Part shown: one piece after another, positions 24,911-38,100 of the stretch | How positions within the stretch are numbered: position 1 is the stretch's first letter | Layout: the number at the start of each line of letters is the position of its first letter | Assembly: GCA_950097015.1 (NCBI GenBank) | Contig: CATNEN010000004.1 | Span: forward strand, 1 to 64,000 | DNA from: Macrostomum hystrix | Taxonomy: Eukaryota; Animalia; Platyhelminthes | Direction: 5' to 3' | Length of the DNA stretch: 64,000 nucleotides | Position numbers and translations under genes: made by a program | The notes under the pieces: generated by a model | What the model saw: only the letters and a program-made list of their open reading frames with translations | What the model was told of the DNA's origin: nothing | Databases searched by the model: none

Positions 24911-27330
24911 ACCAATAACAGTATTATTGCAATTAGGCCTACACATGGCCATAGAAGACTAGACAGATAAGACAGATAGGCTTATCTTCTACAATGATGC
25001 CATGGAAATAAGATGATAAATTAAAACATTTTAAAAAGTAGATCATTGTTTGAAAATGATTTTAGAAAAAAATAAGCATTTTGCCTAGCAATCTTTATAA
25101 TGAACAAATTGTTGTGCATTTGTTTTAATTGTTATAAGTACTTCAATGTAGGACAAATTTTCAAACAAATCAATCATGTCTATCAGTTTATTTTTTTAGT
25201 TGGGCCTATTCAAGAATCAAATCTTATTTGGGGCTTATTTGTTGATTTTTTCAGTGATTATTTATAGCTTGCTTTAAATGAAACTAAAATAGACAAACTG
25301 GGCTTATTTGCTTTATTTTGTGTCATTTCATGCTTTATGAAAGAGATTCTATATATCCTTACAATAGCATTGCTCTCTTGTAATTGTTTACAATCATTAA
25401 AATACAAGAGATACATTTAAATGATAGTGAACCAAAGCTGAGGGGTAGGCCTGATAGAGATGTGCAATAGTATACTAATTAATTTGTCTCATCCATCTAG
25501 CCTAGCTAGACAGGACAGGATGGATGTAGGCCTAGCAGTTTCTGACTGCTGTCTGTTCAACTTGGACTCAACAATTGACTTTTCTTACACTCTAAACTAA
25601 CTTGCCATTACTCTCTCTCTCTCTGCTTAAGTTCATGATCATTTAGTGATTTACATGTATTCTGTCATTTAAATGGTAGTAAACAGAAGTAGATACATAT
25701 AGGATCCTTTTGATAGAACAGTCCTGTAACATTAATTGAAACACTAAAACCCCCTGGCCCTACCTTCAATTTACAATCTTTTACATATGTTTCTGCCATT
25801 TAAATTATTATAAACCAAAGTGAATACATGTGCTTGATGTGTATATATGTTTGAACAAATGTTTCTACATAAGTTATGACAATTTTACATGTATTTTGAC
25901 TGCTGGTTTAGAATGTAATTAAAAACACAAAATTTTACTCTTTTGTAGGCCTACCTTTGGCTTTTCTTAGAAGATTTTCACTAATTTCAGGGATTGTAAA
26001 CCAAAGGCAAAAGAATGCCACAAAAATATATTAGGGATTTGTAGATAAAGAATAAATAGTTATGTCTAAAATCATTGGCATAGTAAAATCGTATAGCTAG
26101 GCTATATGTTAAAAACTAGTTGGCCCTAGTTTTAGATAGAAGTGAGGCCAAAGCCCAATAAAAAATTCTTATTCACACACTGCTCAATCATTGAATTCAC
26201 TTTTGGCTTCCTTTGTGTGACTTGCTTTTTTAATTCAACTTAACTTAAGGTTAAATCTTTGCAAAATAGAAAAGTTATATTTGTATTTTTCATTAAAAAT
26301 TGTGAATAAAGAAAAAAAGAAATATGACTTTTAATTCGCAAAAAATGAAACAACTTTGTTTGTTGCCTTGATTATCTGGATTCCATTCGACAGGACACAA
26401 TCTTGCCGTCTGAAATGAAGTTTAAATAAGAAAGTTTAGTTGAAAAATTACGAGGGTGTCAAGATATAAAAGTAAGAATAAATTTGCAAAATTTGTCATT
26501 ATTAGTTTTTGGTTATCCAGTTTTATGACTATTAGACTATCGAGAAATGTTTGGCTTCCAGTATAACTGTATAATTAATCAATGACAACCTTGCCAGACA
26601 ATTTAAGCGTACTTTCGAAAGCAAGAGGGAACGAATATACATGTAGATTGGCAGATTTTTTATCTAGATTTATACCAAAAAACTCAATTAGGTTACGCGA
26701 CGACGCATGCGAAGCAAAGTAAAAGTTAAGTGGATTTTCTGTATAAAGTTTTATTTCTTACATTTAATCAACTTTAAAGTACCTGCCTTACAATGACTGC
26801 GTCTTCTATAACTAGAAGCCAATTAAGAGTTGTAACATATATTATAAGTATAAATGGTCAGAAAATCCTAAAAATGCTGTACCATAATTTCTACTGACAT
26901 TTATTATAATGCTCTATTTCACGCTTTAAGAACACTCCGAGAGGCATGTCCTTAAGAATAAAACTCATGCATACCATAATGAAATACTTTATATTTCATA
27001 CATGAGAAAATATGAGAAAAGCAATAAAAATAGTCCTGAGGAGCTATCCTGTGGAAAAAAGAACTTTGGTATTAGTAAATTCATACGTATGCAACAGTTT
27101 AATACAATTTATATTTCCCTGGCTTAAACATCGGACAGATTGGTTTTGTAAGGTCACAATCCAACATTATGAAACGATTTACCACTAGGTAATGTGACTC
27201 CCCGTTACTAACCTTAACTGTGCCGATGGCCAGGACCTCCCTCGAGATTCTGTATCATCGATATTGTTATTCACCTGCGGAATCGGCTGCGATGGGTCTT
27301 TGCAGCTTCGCGCGGCTTTTCGACGTATTC

Positions 27331-28796
27331 TTAGTAACGCTGGCGCAGAACTCGAGTCAGCCTTTTTCTCGCGACATCAATGTCGCGATTCATACGCGCT
27401 TTCTCGATAGTCTCCCACATCTCCTCCAGCTCGTTGGCAAATTCGAGAGTGTCGGCGCGCATTGCTTCGCGACATGCAGTCACTCGGTGCCGACGACGTA
27501 GTTGGTTGGCTACGTTTGGGCCGTCGCCGTCAGTTGGTAGAATCATGCGGCCATAGCTGCAATCGCGCGCAACGGATGTTGGATTGATTTGACTCCGTGA
27601 TTTAGCGAATTCTCCATCGATAACGGTGTCCAGTAGTCAATTTTTCGTAAAAATCGTATCTTAGAAGCATCATGGGCTTCACGCAAGCTATACTACATTA
27701 GCTACAAACAATTTACCCTATTAGCTATATTAGCTCACAAATATCAGTAGGCCAAGCGTGAAATTACCTGTGCTTTTTTCCAGTGCAGCTGACATTAAAT
27801 ATTGAATCACCAATGAGCGCAGCTCTGGAGTGCTTCACTTGTTGGACTACGGGGTCACGCTTGCGCTGCTGCCCAGCTTGCAGCGTCTGCTGCTGCTGCT
27901 GCTTCTGACAAAAATCACAAACGTTGAAATCCGACTTATTGTTAGGAAGGCGCAAAAACAATCGTTCGCTTTCGCAAGAGTAATCGCCATTGACGCTGTC
28001 GACGCATTTGAGACGAGCATGCGTCTGCTGCATCCGATCTATCAGGCGACGTAGGGCGTCTGCTCTCTGCGCCAACTGCGTTTCAGCGCAGTTAAATTTG
28101 ACGCCGCCTCTGGCTTTGACTGTCGGATTGCAAGCGAGAGCAATGTTTTGCAGTTGCTGGGTGAGTTTCTGAGAGTGCTGCACCAGGTGGTGATGTTCTG
28201 GTGCGATGTTACAAGGTTGAGCTTCAGGCGTCTCTGTACCGGCATTGGTGTTGCTGGCGAATTTCAAGGCTATCGGGGCTTTGAATCCAGACATTTGATC
28301 CAGAGACGCGATGGCGTCTAACAGTAGACCGCGTCTCTGCAACTCAACGCTCGGGGCAGTCTCTAAAGGGCAACAATTAAAGAGTTCAGTGAAGATGATT
28401 AGCTTCAATAAAGTACAATTTTGAAAATATCCCTAGAAATGAAATAGGGGGATGCAGCCTAGTCGGTAGAACGCCAGACTCCACGACACAACTGACTTGA
28501 GGTCAGGGGTTCGATTCCCAGCTCTTATTGAATGATCTGCATCTGCCCCATAGCCTTGCTGTGGACAACGCCAGCTCGCTCTTACTGTGTTTATCGCTCT
28601 CGTATCGACTAGAATCCACTATCTTAGGCGCTGCAGCTGAACGTTTGTCATCCAGAAATCGGTAGAGTTTCGCTTGCAGCACGCGTTGTCGATCGCTGCC
28701 GGGCGTTTTGCCGAGTCGTCTGGCGTACATATGTCGCCACAGCATCTGGCGCTGGCGCTGCTGGCTACCGCCGCAGTCGGCTCGGGCTGGCTGCAT
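27331..28796 (-). CDS. Unidentified spliced gene (candidate exons 28586-~28796, 27768-28362, 27331-27659)
   Basis: Donor cac a|gtaag and acceptor ctttag|ag are phase-matched (phase 1). A 595-nt open middle exon ends at cacag|gtaatt. The last exon is in frame only if one extra base near 27630 is removed. The start codon is uncertain and no family was recognised. Confidence 0.5.
28447..28560 (+). mobile_element. tRNA-derived SINE head fragment inside an intron
   Basis: A-box-like GCAGCCTAGTCGGTAGAAC and B box GGTTCGATTCC; no convincing cloverleaf or poly-T terminator. Confidence 0.55.
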
Positions 28797-29114
28797 ATCA
28801 GCGTCCAATATACTTCACCGCTAGAATGATTCTCTCCTTTCAAGTGTTCCTCATGGAAAATTCCACTAGCAAAACTTGTAAATATTGCAATTCAACGTCT
28901 ATGGTATAGAGAGAACAGAAGTCAATCGAGATGCAAGACCGCACATAGAATATATCATATTCAAAAGGGATGCACTGCAATCTAAATTTTACAACACTCA
29001 ACTTTTCACGAAATGCACTTTGCTCAATCAGTTCTTGATGTTTAAAGCATTTGAATGTCTCCAAATACCCATTGGCTTTGAAAGTATCTCGTAACACGAC
29101 GTGGTTAATTCTCC

Positions 29115-32100
29115 TTTTGGTAGCTTTGAGTGTCTCCTAATACCTCTGCTTTGAGTGTCTCCTAATACTTATTGGTAGCTTTGAGTGTCTCCTAATACTT
29201 ATTGGTAGCTTTGAGTGTCTCCTAATACTTATTGGTAGCTTTGAGTGTCTCCTAATACTTATTGGTAGCTTTAAGTGTCTCCTAATACTTATTGGTAGCT
29301 TTGAGTGTCTCCTAATACTTATTGGTAGCTTTGAGTGTCTCCTAATACTTATTGGTAGCTTTGAGTGTCTCCTAATACTTATTGGTAGCTTTGAGTGTCT
29401 CCTAATACTTATTGGTAGCTTTGAGTGTCTCCTAATACTTATTGGTAGCTTTGAGTGTCTCCTAATACTTATTGGTAGCTTTGAGTGTCTCCTAATACTT
29501 ATTGGTAGCTTTGAGTGTCTCCTAATACTTATTGGTAGCTTTGAGTGTCTCCTAATACTTATTGGTAGCTTTGAGTGTCTCCTAATACTTATCGGTAGCT
29601 TTGAGTGTCTCCTAATACTTATTGGTAGCTTTGAGTGTCTCCTAATACTTATCGGTAGCTTTGAGTGTCTCCTAATACTTATTGGTAGCTTTAAGTGTCT
29701 CCTAATACTTATTGGTAGCTTTGAGTGTCTCCTAATACCTCTTGGTAGCTTTGAGTGTCTCCTAATACTTATTGTAGCTTTGAGTGTCTCCTAATACTTA
29801 TTGGTAGCTTTGAGTGTCTCCTAATACTTATTGGTTGCTTTGAGTGTCTCCTAATACTTATTGGTTGCTTTGAGTGTCTCCTAATACTTATTGGTAGCTT
29901 TGAGTGTCTCCTAATACTTATTGGTAGCTTTGAGTGTCTCCTAATACTTATTGGTAGCTTTGAGTGTCTCCTAATACTGATTGGTAGCTTTGAGTGTCTC
30001 CTAATACTTATCGGTAGCTTTGAGTGTCTCCTAATACTTATTGGTAGCTTTGAGTGTCTCCTAATACTTATTGGTAGCTTTGAGTGTCTCCTAATACTTA
30101 TCGGTAGCTTTGAGTGTCTCCTAATACTTATCGGTAGCTTTGAGTGTCTCCTAATACTTATTGGTAGCTTTAGGTGTCTCCTAATACTTATTGGTAGCTT
30201 TGAGTGTCTCCTAATACCTCTTGGAAGCTTTGAGTGTCTCCTAATACTTATTGGTAGCTTTGAGTGTCTCCTAATACTTATTGGTAGCTTTGAGTGTCTC
30301 CTAATACTTATTGGTTGCTTTGAGTGTCTCCTAATACTTATTGGTTGCTTTGAGTGTCTCCTAATACTTATTGGTAGCTTTGAGTGTCTCCTAATACTTA
30401 TTGGTTGCTTTGAGTGTCTCCTAATACTTATTGGTAGCTTTGAGTGTCTCCTAATACTGATTGGTAGCTTTGAGTGTCTCCTAATACTTATCGGTAGCTT
30501 TGAGTGTCTCCTAATACTTATTGGTAGCTTTGAGTGTCTCCTAATACCTCTTGGTAGCTTTGAGTGTCTCCTAATACTTATTGGTAGCTTTGAGTGTCTC
30601 CTAATACTTATCGGTAGCTTTGAGTGTCTCCTAATACTTATTGGTAGCTTTGAGTGTCTCCTAATACTTATTGGTAGCTTTGAGTGTCTCCTAATACTGA
30701 TTGGTAGCTTTGATTTGTCTCCTAATACTGATTGGTAGCTTTGAGTGTCTTCCTAATACTTATTGGTAGCTTTGAGTGTCTCCTAATACTGATTGGTAGC
30801 TTTGAGTGTCTCCTAATACTGATTGGTAGCTTTGAGTGTCTCCTAATACTTATTGGTAGCTTTCATTTGTCTCCTAATACTTATTGGTTGCTTTGAGTGT
30901 CTCCTAATACTTATTGGTAGCTTTGAGTGTCTCCTAATACTTATTGGTAGCTTTGATTTGTCTCCTAATACTTATTGGTAGCTTTAAGTGTCTCCTAATA
31001 CTTATTGGTAGCTTTAAGTGTCTCCTAATACTTATTGGTAGCTTTGATTGTCTCCTAATACTTATTGGTAGCTTTGAGTGTCTCCTAATACTTATTGGTA
31101 GCTTTGAGTGTCTCCTAATACTTATTGGTAGCTTTGAGTGTCTCCTAATACTTATTGGTAGCTTTGAGTGTCTCCTAATACTTATTGGTAGCTTTGAGTG
31201 TCTCCTAATACTTATTGGTAGCTTTGACTGTCTCCTAATACTTATTGGTAGCTTTGAGTGTCTCCTAATACTTATTGGTAGCTTTGAGTGTCTCCTAATA
31301 CTTATTGGTAGCTTTGACTGTCTCCTAATACTTATTGGTAGCTTTGAGTGTCTCCTAATACTGATTGGTAGCTTTGAGTGTCTCCTAATACTGATTGGTA
31401 GCTTTGAGTGTCTCCTAATACTTATTGGTAGCTTTGATTTGTCTCCTAATACTTATTGGTAGCTTTAAGTGTCTCCTAATACTTATTGGTAGCTTTGAGT
31501 GTCTCCTAATACTTATTGGTAGCTTTGATTGTCTCCTAATACTTATTGGTAGCTTTGAGTGTCTCCTAATACTTATTGGTAGCTTTAAGTGTCTCCTAAT
31601 ACTTATTGGTAGCTTTGAGTGTCTCCTAATACTTATTGGTAGCTTTGAGTGTCTCCTAATACTTATCGGTAGCTTTGAGTGTCTCCTAATACTTATTGGT
31701 AGCTTTGAGTGTCTCCTAATACTTATCGGTAGCTTTGAGTGTCTCCTAATACTTATTGGTAGCTTTGAGTGTCTCCTAATACTTATTGGTAGCTTTGAGT
31801 GTCTCCTAATACCTCTTGGTAGCTTTGAGTGTCTCCTAATACTTATTGGTAGCTTTGAGTGTCTCCTAATACTTATTGGTAGCTTTGAGTGTCTCCTAAT
31901 ACTTATTGGTTGCTTTGAGTGTCTCCTAATACTTATTGGTAGCTTTGAGTGTCTCCTAATACTTATTGGTAGCTTTGAGTGTCTCCTAATACTTATTGGT
32001 TGCTTTGAGTGTCTCCTAATACTTATTGGTAGCTTTGAGTGTCTCCTAATACTGATTGGTAGCTTTGAGTGTCTCCTAATACTTATTGGTAGCTTTGAGT

Positions 32101-35100
32101 GTCTCCTAATACTTATTGGTAGCTTTGAGTGTCTCCTAATACCTCTTGGTAGCTTTGAGTGTCTCCTAATACTTATTGGTAGCTTTGAGTGTCTCCTAAT
32201 ACTTATCGGTAGCTTTGAGTGTCTCCTAATACTTATTGGTAGCTTTGAGTGTCTCCTAATACTGATTGGTAGCTTTGAGTGTCTCCTAATACTGATTGGT
32301 AGCTTTGATTTGTCTCCTAATACTGATTGGTAGCTTTGAGTGTCTCCTAATACTTATTGGTAGCTTTGAGTGTCTCCTAATACTGATTGGTAGCTTTGAG
32401 TGTCTCCTAATACTGATTGGTAGCTTTGAGTGTCTCCTAATACTTATTGGTAGCTTTGATTTGTCTCCTAATACTTATTGGTTGCTTTGAGTGTCTCCTA
32501 ATACTTATTGGTAGCTTTGAGTGTCTCCAAATACTTATTGGTAGCTTTGATTTGTCTCCTAATACTTATTGGTTGCTTTGAGTGTCTCCTAATACTTATT
32601 GGTAGCTTTGAGTGTCTCCTAATACTGATTGGTAGCTTTGATTTGTCTCCTAATACTTATTGGTTGCTTTGAGTGTCTCCTAATACTTATTGGTAGCTTT
32701 GAGTGTCTCCTAATACTGATTGGTAGCTTTGAGTGTCTCCTAATACTGATTGGTAGCTTTGATTTGTCTCCTAATACTGATTGGTAGCTTTGAGTGTCTC
32801 CTAATACTTATTGGTAGCTTTGAGTGTCTCCTAATACTGATTGGTAGCTTTGAGTGTCTCCTAATACTGATTGGTAGCTTTGAGTGTCTCCTAATACTTA
32901 TTGGTAGCTTTGATTTGTCTCCTAATACTTATTGGTTGCTTTGAGTGTCTCCTAATACTTATTGGTAGCTTTGAGTGTCTCCTAATACTTATTGGTAGCT
33001 TTGATTTGTCTCCTAATACTTATTGGTAGCTTTGAGTGTCTCCTAATACTTATTGGTAGCTTTGAGTGTCTCCTAATACGGATTGGTAGCTTTGAGTGTC
33101 TCCTAATACTTATCGGTAGCTTTGAGTGTCTCCTAATACTTATTGGTAGCTTTGAGTGTCTCCTAATACCTCTTGGTAGCTTTGAGTGTCTCCTAATACT
33201 TATTGGTAGCTTTGAGTGTCTCCTAATACTTATCGGTAGCTTTGAGTGTCTCCTAATACTTATCGGTAGCTTTGAGTGTCTCCTAATACTTATTGGTAGC
33301 TTTGAGTGTCTCCTAATACTGATTGGTAGCTTTGATTTGTCTCCTAATACTGATTGGTAGCTTTGAGTGTCTCCTAATACTTATTGGTAGCTTTGAGTGT
33401 CTCCTAATACTGATTGGTAGCTTTGAGTGTCTCCTAATACTGATTGGTAGCTTTGAGTGTCTCCTAATACTTATTGGTAGCTTTGATTTGTCTCCTAATA
33501 CTTATTGGTTGCTTTGAGTGTCTCCTAATACTTATTGGTAGCTTTGAGTGTCTCTTAATACTTATTGGTAGCTTTGATTTGTCTCCTAATACTTATTGGT
33601 AGCTTTGAGTGTCTCCTAATACTTATTGGTAGCTTTGAGTGTCTCCTAATACTTATTGGTAGCTTTGAGTGTCTCCTAATACTTATTGGTAGCTTTGACT
33701 GTCTCCTAATACTTATTGGTAGCTTTGAGTGTCTCCTAATACTTATTGGTAGCTTTGAATGTCTCCTAATACTTATTGGTAGCTTTGAGTGTCTCCAAAT
33801 ACTTATTGGTAGCTTTGAGTGTCTCCTAATACTTATTGGTAGCTTTGACTGTCTCCTAATACTGATTGGTAGCTTTGAGTGTCTCCTAATACTTATTGGT
33901 AGCTTTGATTTGTCTCCTAATACTTATTGGTTGCCTTGAGTGTCTCCTAATACTTATTGGTAGCTTTGAGTGTCTCCTAATACTTATTGGTAGCTTTGAT
34001 TTGTCTCCTAATACTTATTGGTAGCTTTAAGTGTCTCCTAATACTTATTGGTAGCTTTAAGTGTCTCCTAATACTTATTGGTAGCTTTGATTGTCTCCTA
34101 ATACTTATTGGTAGCTTTGAGTGTCTCCTAATACTTATTGGTAGCTTTGAGTGTCTCCTAATACTTATTGGTAGCTTTGAGTGTCTCCTAATACTTATTG
34201 GTAGCTTTGAGTGTCTCCTAATACTTATCGGTAGCTTTGAGTGTCTCCTAATACTTATTGGTAGCTTTGAGTGTCTCCTAATACTTATCGGTAGCTTTGA
34301 GTGTCTCCTAATACTTATTGGTAGCTTTAAGTGTCTCCTAATACTTATTGGTAGCTTTGAGTGTCTCCTAATACCTCTTGGTAGCTTTGAGTGTCTCCAA
34401 ATACTTATTGGTAGCTTTGAGTGTCTCCTAATACTGATTGGTAGCTTTGAGTGTCTCCTAATACTTATTGGTAGCTTTGAGTGTCTCCTAATACTTATTG
34501 GTTGCTTTGAGTGTCTCCTAATACTTATTGGTAGCTTTGAGTGTCTCCTAATACTTATCGGTAGCTTTGAGTGTCTCCTAATACTTATTGGTAGCTTTGA
34601 GTGTCTCCTAATACTGATTGGTAGCTTTGATTTGTCTCCTAATACTTATTGGTAGCTTTGAGTGTCTCCTAATACCTCTTGGTAGCTTTGAGTGTCTCCT
34701 AATACTTATTGGTAGCTTTGAGTGCCTCCTAATACTTATCGGTAGCTTTGAGTGTCTCCTAATACTTATTGGTAGCTTTGAGTGTCTCCTAATACTTATT
34801 GGTTGCTTTGAGTGTCTCCTAATACTTATTGGTAGCTTTGAGTGTCTCCTAATACTTATTGGTTGCTTTGAGTGTCTCCTAATACTTATTGGTTGCTTTG
34901 AGTGTCTCCTAATACTTATTGGTAGCTTTGAGTGTCTCCTAATACTTATTGGTAGCTTTGAGTGTCTCCTAATACTTATTGGTTGCTTTGACTGTCTCCT
35001 AATACTTATTGGTAGCTTTGAGTGTCTCCTAATACTTATCGGTAGCTTTGAGTGTCTCCTAATACTTATTGGTAGCTTTGAGTGTCTCCTAATACTGATT

Positions 35101-38100
35101 GGTAGCTTTGATTTGTCTCCTAATACTTATTGGTAGCTTTGAGTGTCTCCTAATACCTCTTGGTAGCTTTGAGTGTCTCCTAATACTTATTGGTAGCTTT
35201 GAGTGTCTCCTAATACTTATCGGTAGCTTTGAGTGTCTCCTAATACTTATTGGTAGCTTTGAGTGTCTCCTAATACTTATTGGTTGCTTTGAGTGTCTCC
35301 TAATACTGATTGGTAGCTTTGATTGTCTCCTAATACTTATTGGTAGCTTTGAGTGTCTCCTAATACTTATTGGTAGCTTTGAGTGTCTCCTAATACTTAT
35401 TGGTAGCTTTGAGTGTCTCCTAATACTTATTGGTTGCCTTGAGTGTCTCCTAATACTTATCGGTAGCTTTGAGTGTCTCCTAATACTTATTGGTAGCTTT
35501 GAGTGTCTCCTAATACTTATTGGTTGCTTTGAGTGTCTCCTAATCCTTATTGGTAGCTTTGATTTGTCTCCTAATACTTATTGGTAGCTTTAAGTGTCTC
35601 CTAATACTTATTGGTAGCTTTGAGTGTCTCCTAATACCTCTTGGTAGCTTTGAGTGTCTCCTAATACTTATTGGTAGCTTTGAGTGTCTCCTAATACTTA
35701 TTGGTTGCTTTGAGTGTCTCCTAATACTGATTGGTAGCTTTGAGTGTCTCCTAATACTGATTGGTAGCTTTGAGTGTCTCCTAATACTTATCGGTAGCTT
35801 TGAGTGTCTCCTAATACTTATCGGTAGCTTTGAGTGTCTCCTAATACTTATTGGTAGCTTTGAGTGTCTCCTAATACTGATTGGTAGCTTTGATTTGTCT
35901 CCTAATACTGATTGGTAGCTTTGAGTGTCTCCTAATACTTATTGGTAGCTTTGAGTGTCTCCTAATACTGATTGGTAGCTTTGAGTGTCTCCTAATACTG
36001 ATTGGTAGCTTTGAGTGTCTCCTAATACTTATTGGTAGCTTTGATTTGTCTCCTAATACTTATTGGTTGCTTTGAGTGTCTCCTAATACTTATTGGTAGC
36101 TTTGAGTGTCTCTTAATACTTATTGGTAGCTTTGATTTGTCTCCTAATACTTATTGGTAGCTTTGAGTGTCTCCTAATACTTATTGGTAGCTTTGAGTGT
36201 CTCCTAATACTTATTGGTAGCTTTGAGTGTCTCCTAATACTTATTGGTAGCTTTGACTGTCTCCTAATACTTATTGGTAGCTTTGAGTGTCTCCTAATAC
36301 TTATTGGTAGCTTTGAATGTCTCCTAATACTTATTGGTAGCTTTGAGTGTCTCCAAATACTTATTGGTAGCTTTGAGTGTCTCCTAATACTTATTGGTAG
36401 CTTTGACTGTCTCCTAATACTGATTGGTAGCTTTGAGTGTCTCCTAATACTTATTGGTAGCTTTGATTTGTCTCCTAATACTTATTGGTTGCCTTGAGTG
36501 TCTCCTAATACTTATTGGTAGCTTTGAGTGTCTCCTAATACTTATTGGTAGCTTTGATTTGTCTCCTAATACTTATTGGTAGCTTTAAGTGTCTCCTAAT
36601 ACTTATTGGTAGCTTTAAGTGTCTCCTAATACTTATTGGTAGCTTTGATTGTCTCCTAATACTTATTGGTAGCTTTGAGTGTCTCCTAATACTTATTGGT
36701 AGCTTTGAGTGTCTCCTAATACTTATTGGTAGCTTTGAGTGTCTCCTAATACTTATTGGTAGCTTTGAGTGTCTCCTAATACTTATCGGTAGCTTTGAGT
36801 GTCTCCTAATACTTATTGGTAGCTTTGAGTGTCTCCTAATACTTATCGGTAGCTTTGAGTGTCTCCTAATACTTATTGGTAGCTTTAAGTGTCTCCTAAT
36901 ACTTATTGGTAGCTTTGAGTGTCTCCTAATACCTCTTGGTAGCTTTGAGTGTCTCCAAATACTTATTGGTAGCTTTGAGTGTCTCCTAATACTGATTGGT
37001 AGCTTTGAGTGTCTCCTAATACTTATTGGTAGCTTTGAGTGTCTCCTAATACTTATTGGTTGCTTTGAGTGTCTCCTAATACTTATTGGTAGCTTTGAGT
37101 GTCTCCTAATACTTATCGGTAGCTTTGAGTGTCTCCTAATACTTATTGGTAGCTTTGAGTGTCTCCTAATACTGATTGGTAGCTTTGATTTGTCTCCTAA
37201 TACTTATTGGTAGCTTTGAGTGTCTCCTAATACCTCTTGGTAGCTTTGAGTGTCTCCTAATACTTATTGGTAGCTTTGAGTGTCTCCTAATACTTATCGG
37301 TAGCTTTGAGTGTCTCCTAATACTTATTGGTAGCTTTGAGTGTCTCCTAATACTTATTGGTTGCTTTGAGTGTCTCCTAATACTTATTGGTAGCTTTGAG
37401 TGTCTCCTAATACTTATTGGTTGCTTTGAGTGTCTCCTAATACTTATTGGTTGCTTTGAGTGTCTCCTAATACTTATTGGTAGCTTTGAGTGTCTCCTAA
37501 TACTTATTGGTAGCTTTGAGTGTCTCCTAATACTTATTGGTTGCTTTGACTGTCTCCTAATACTTATTGGTAGCTTTGAGTGTCTCCTAATACTTATCGG
37601 TAGCTTTGAGTGTCTCCTAATACTTATTGGTAGCTTTGAGTGTCTCCTAATACTGATTGGTAGCTTTGATTTGTCTCCTAATACTTATTGGTAGCTTTGA
37701 GTGTCTCCTAATACCTCTTGGTAGCTTTGAGTGTCTCCTAATACTTATTGGTAGCTTTGAGTGTCTCCTAATACTTATCGGTAGCTTTGAGTGTCTCCTA
37801 ATACTTATTGGTAGCTTTGAGTGTCTCCTAATACTTATTGGTTGCTTTGAGTGTCTCCTAATACTGATTGGTAGCTTTGATTGTCTCCTAATACTTATTG
37901 GTAGCTTTGAGTGTCTCCTAATACTTATTGGTAGCTTTGAGTGTCTCCTAATACTTATTGGTAGCTTTGAGTGTCTCCTAATACTTATTGGTTGCCTTGA
38001 GTGTCTCCTAATACTTATCGGTAGCTTTGAGTGTCTCCTAATACTTATTGGTAGCTTTGAGTGTCTCCTAATACTTATTGGTTGCTTTGAGTGTCTCCTA

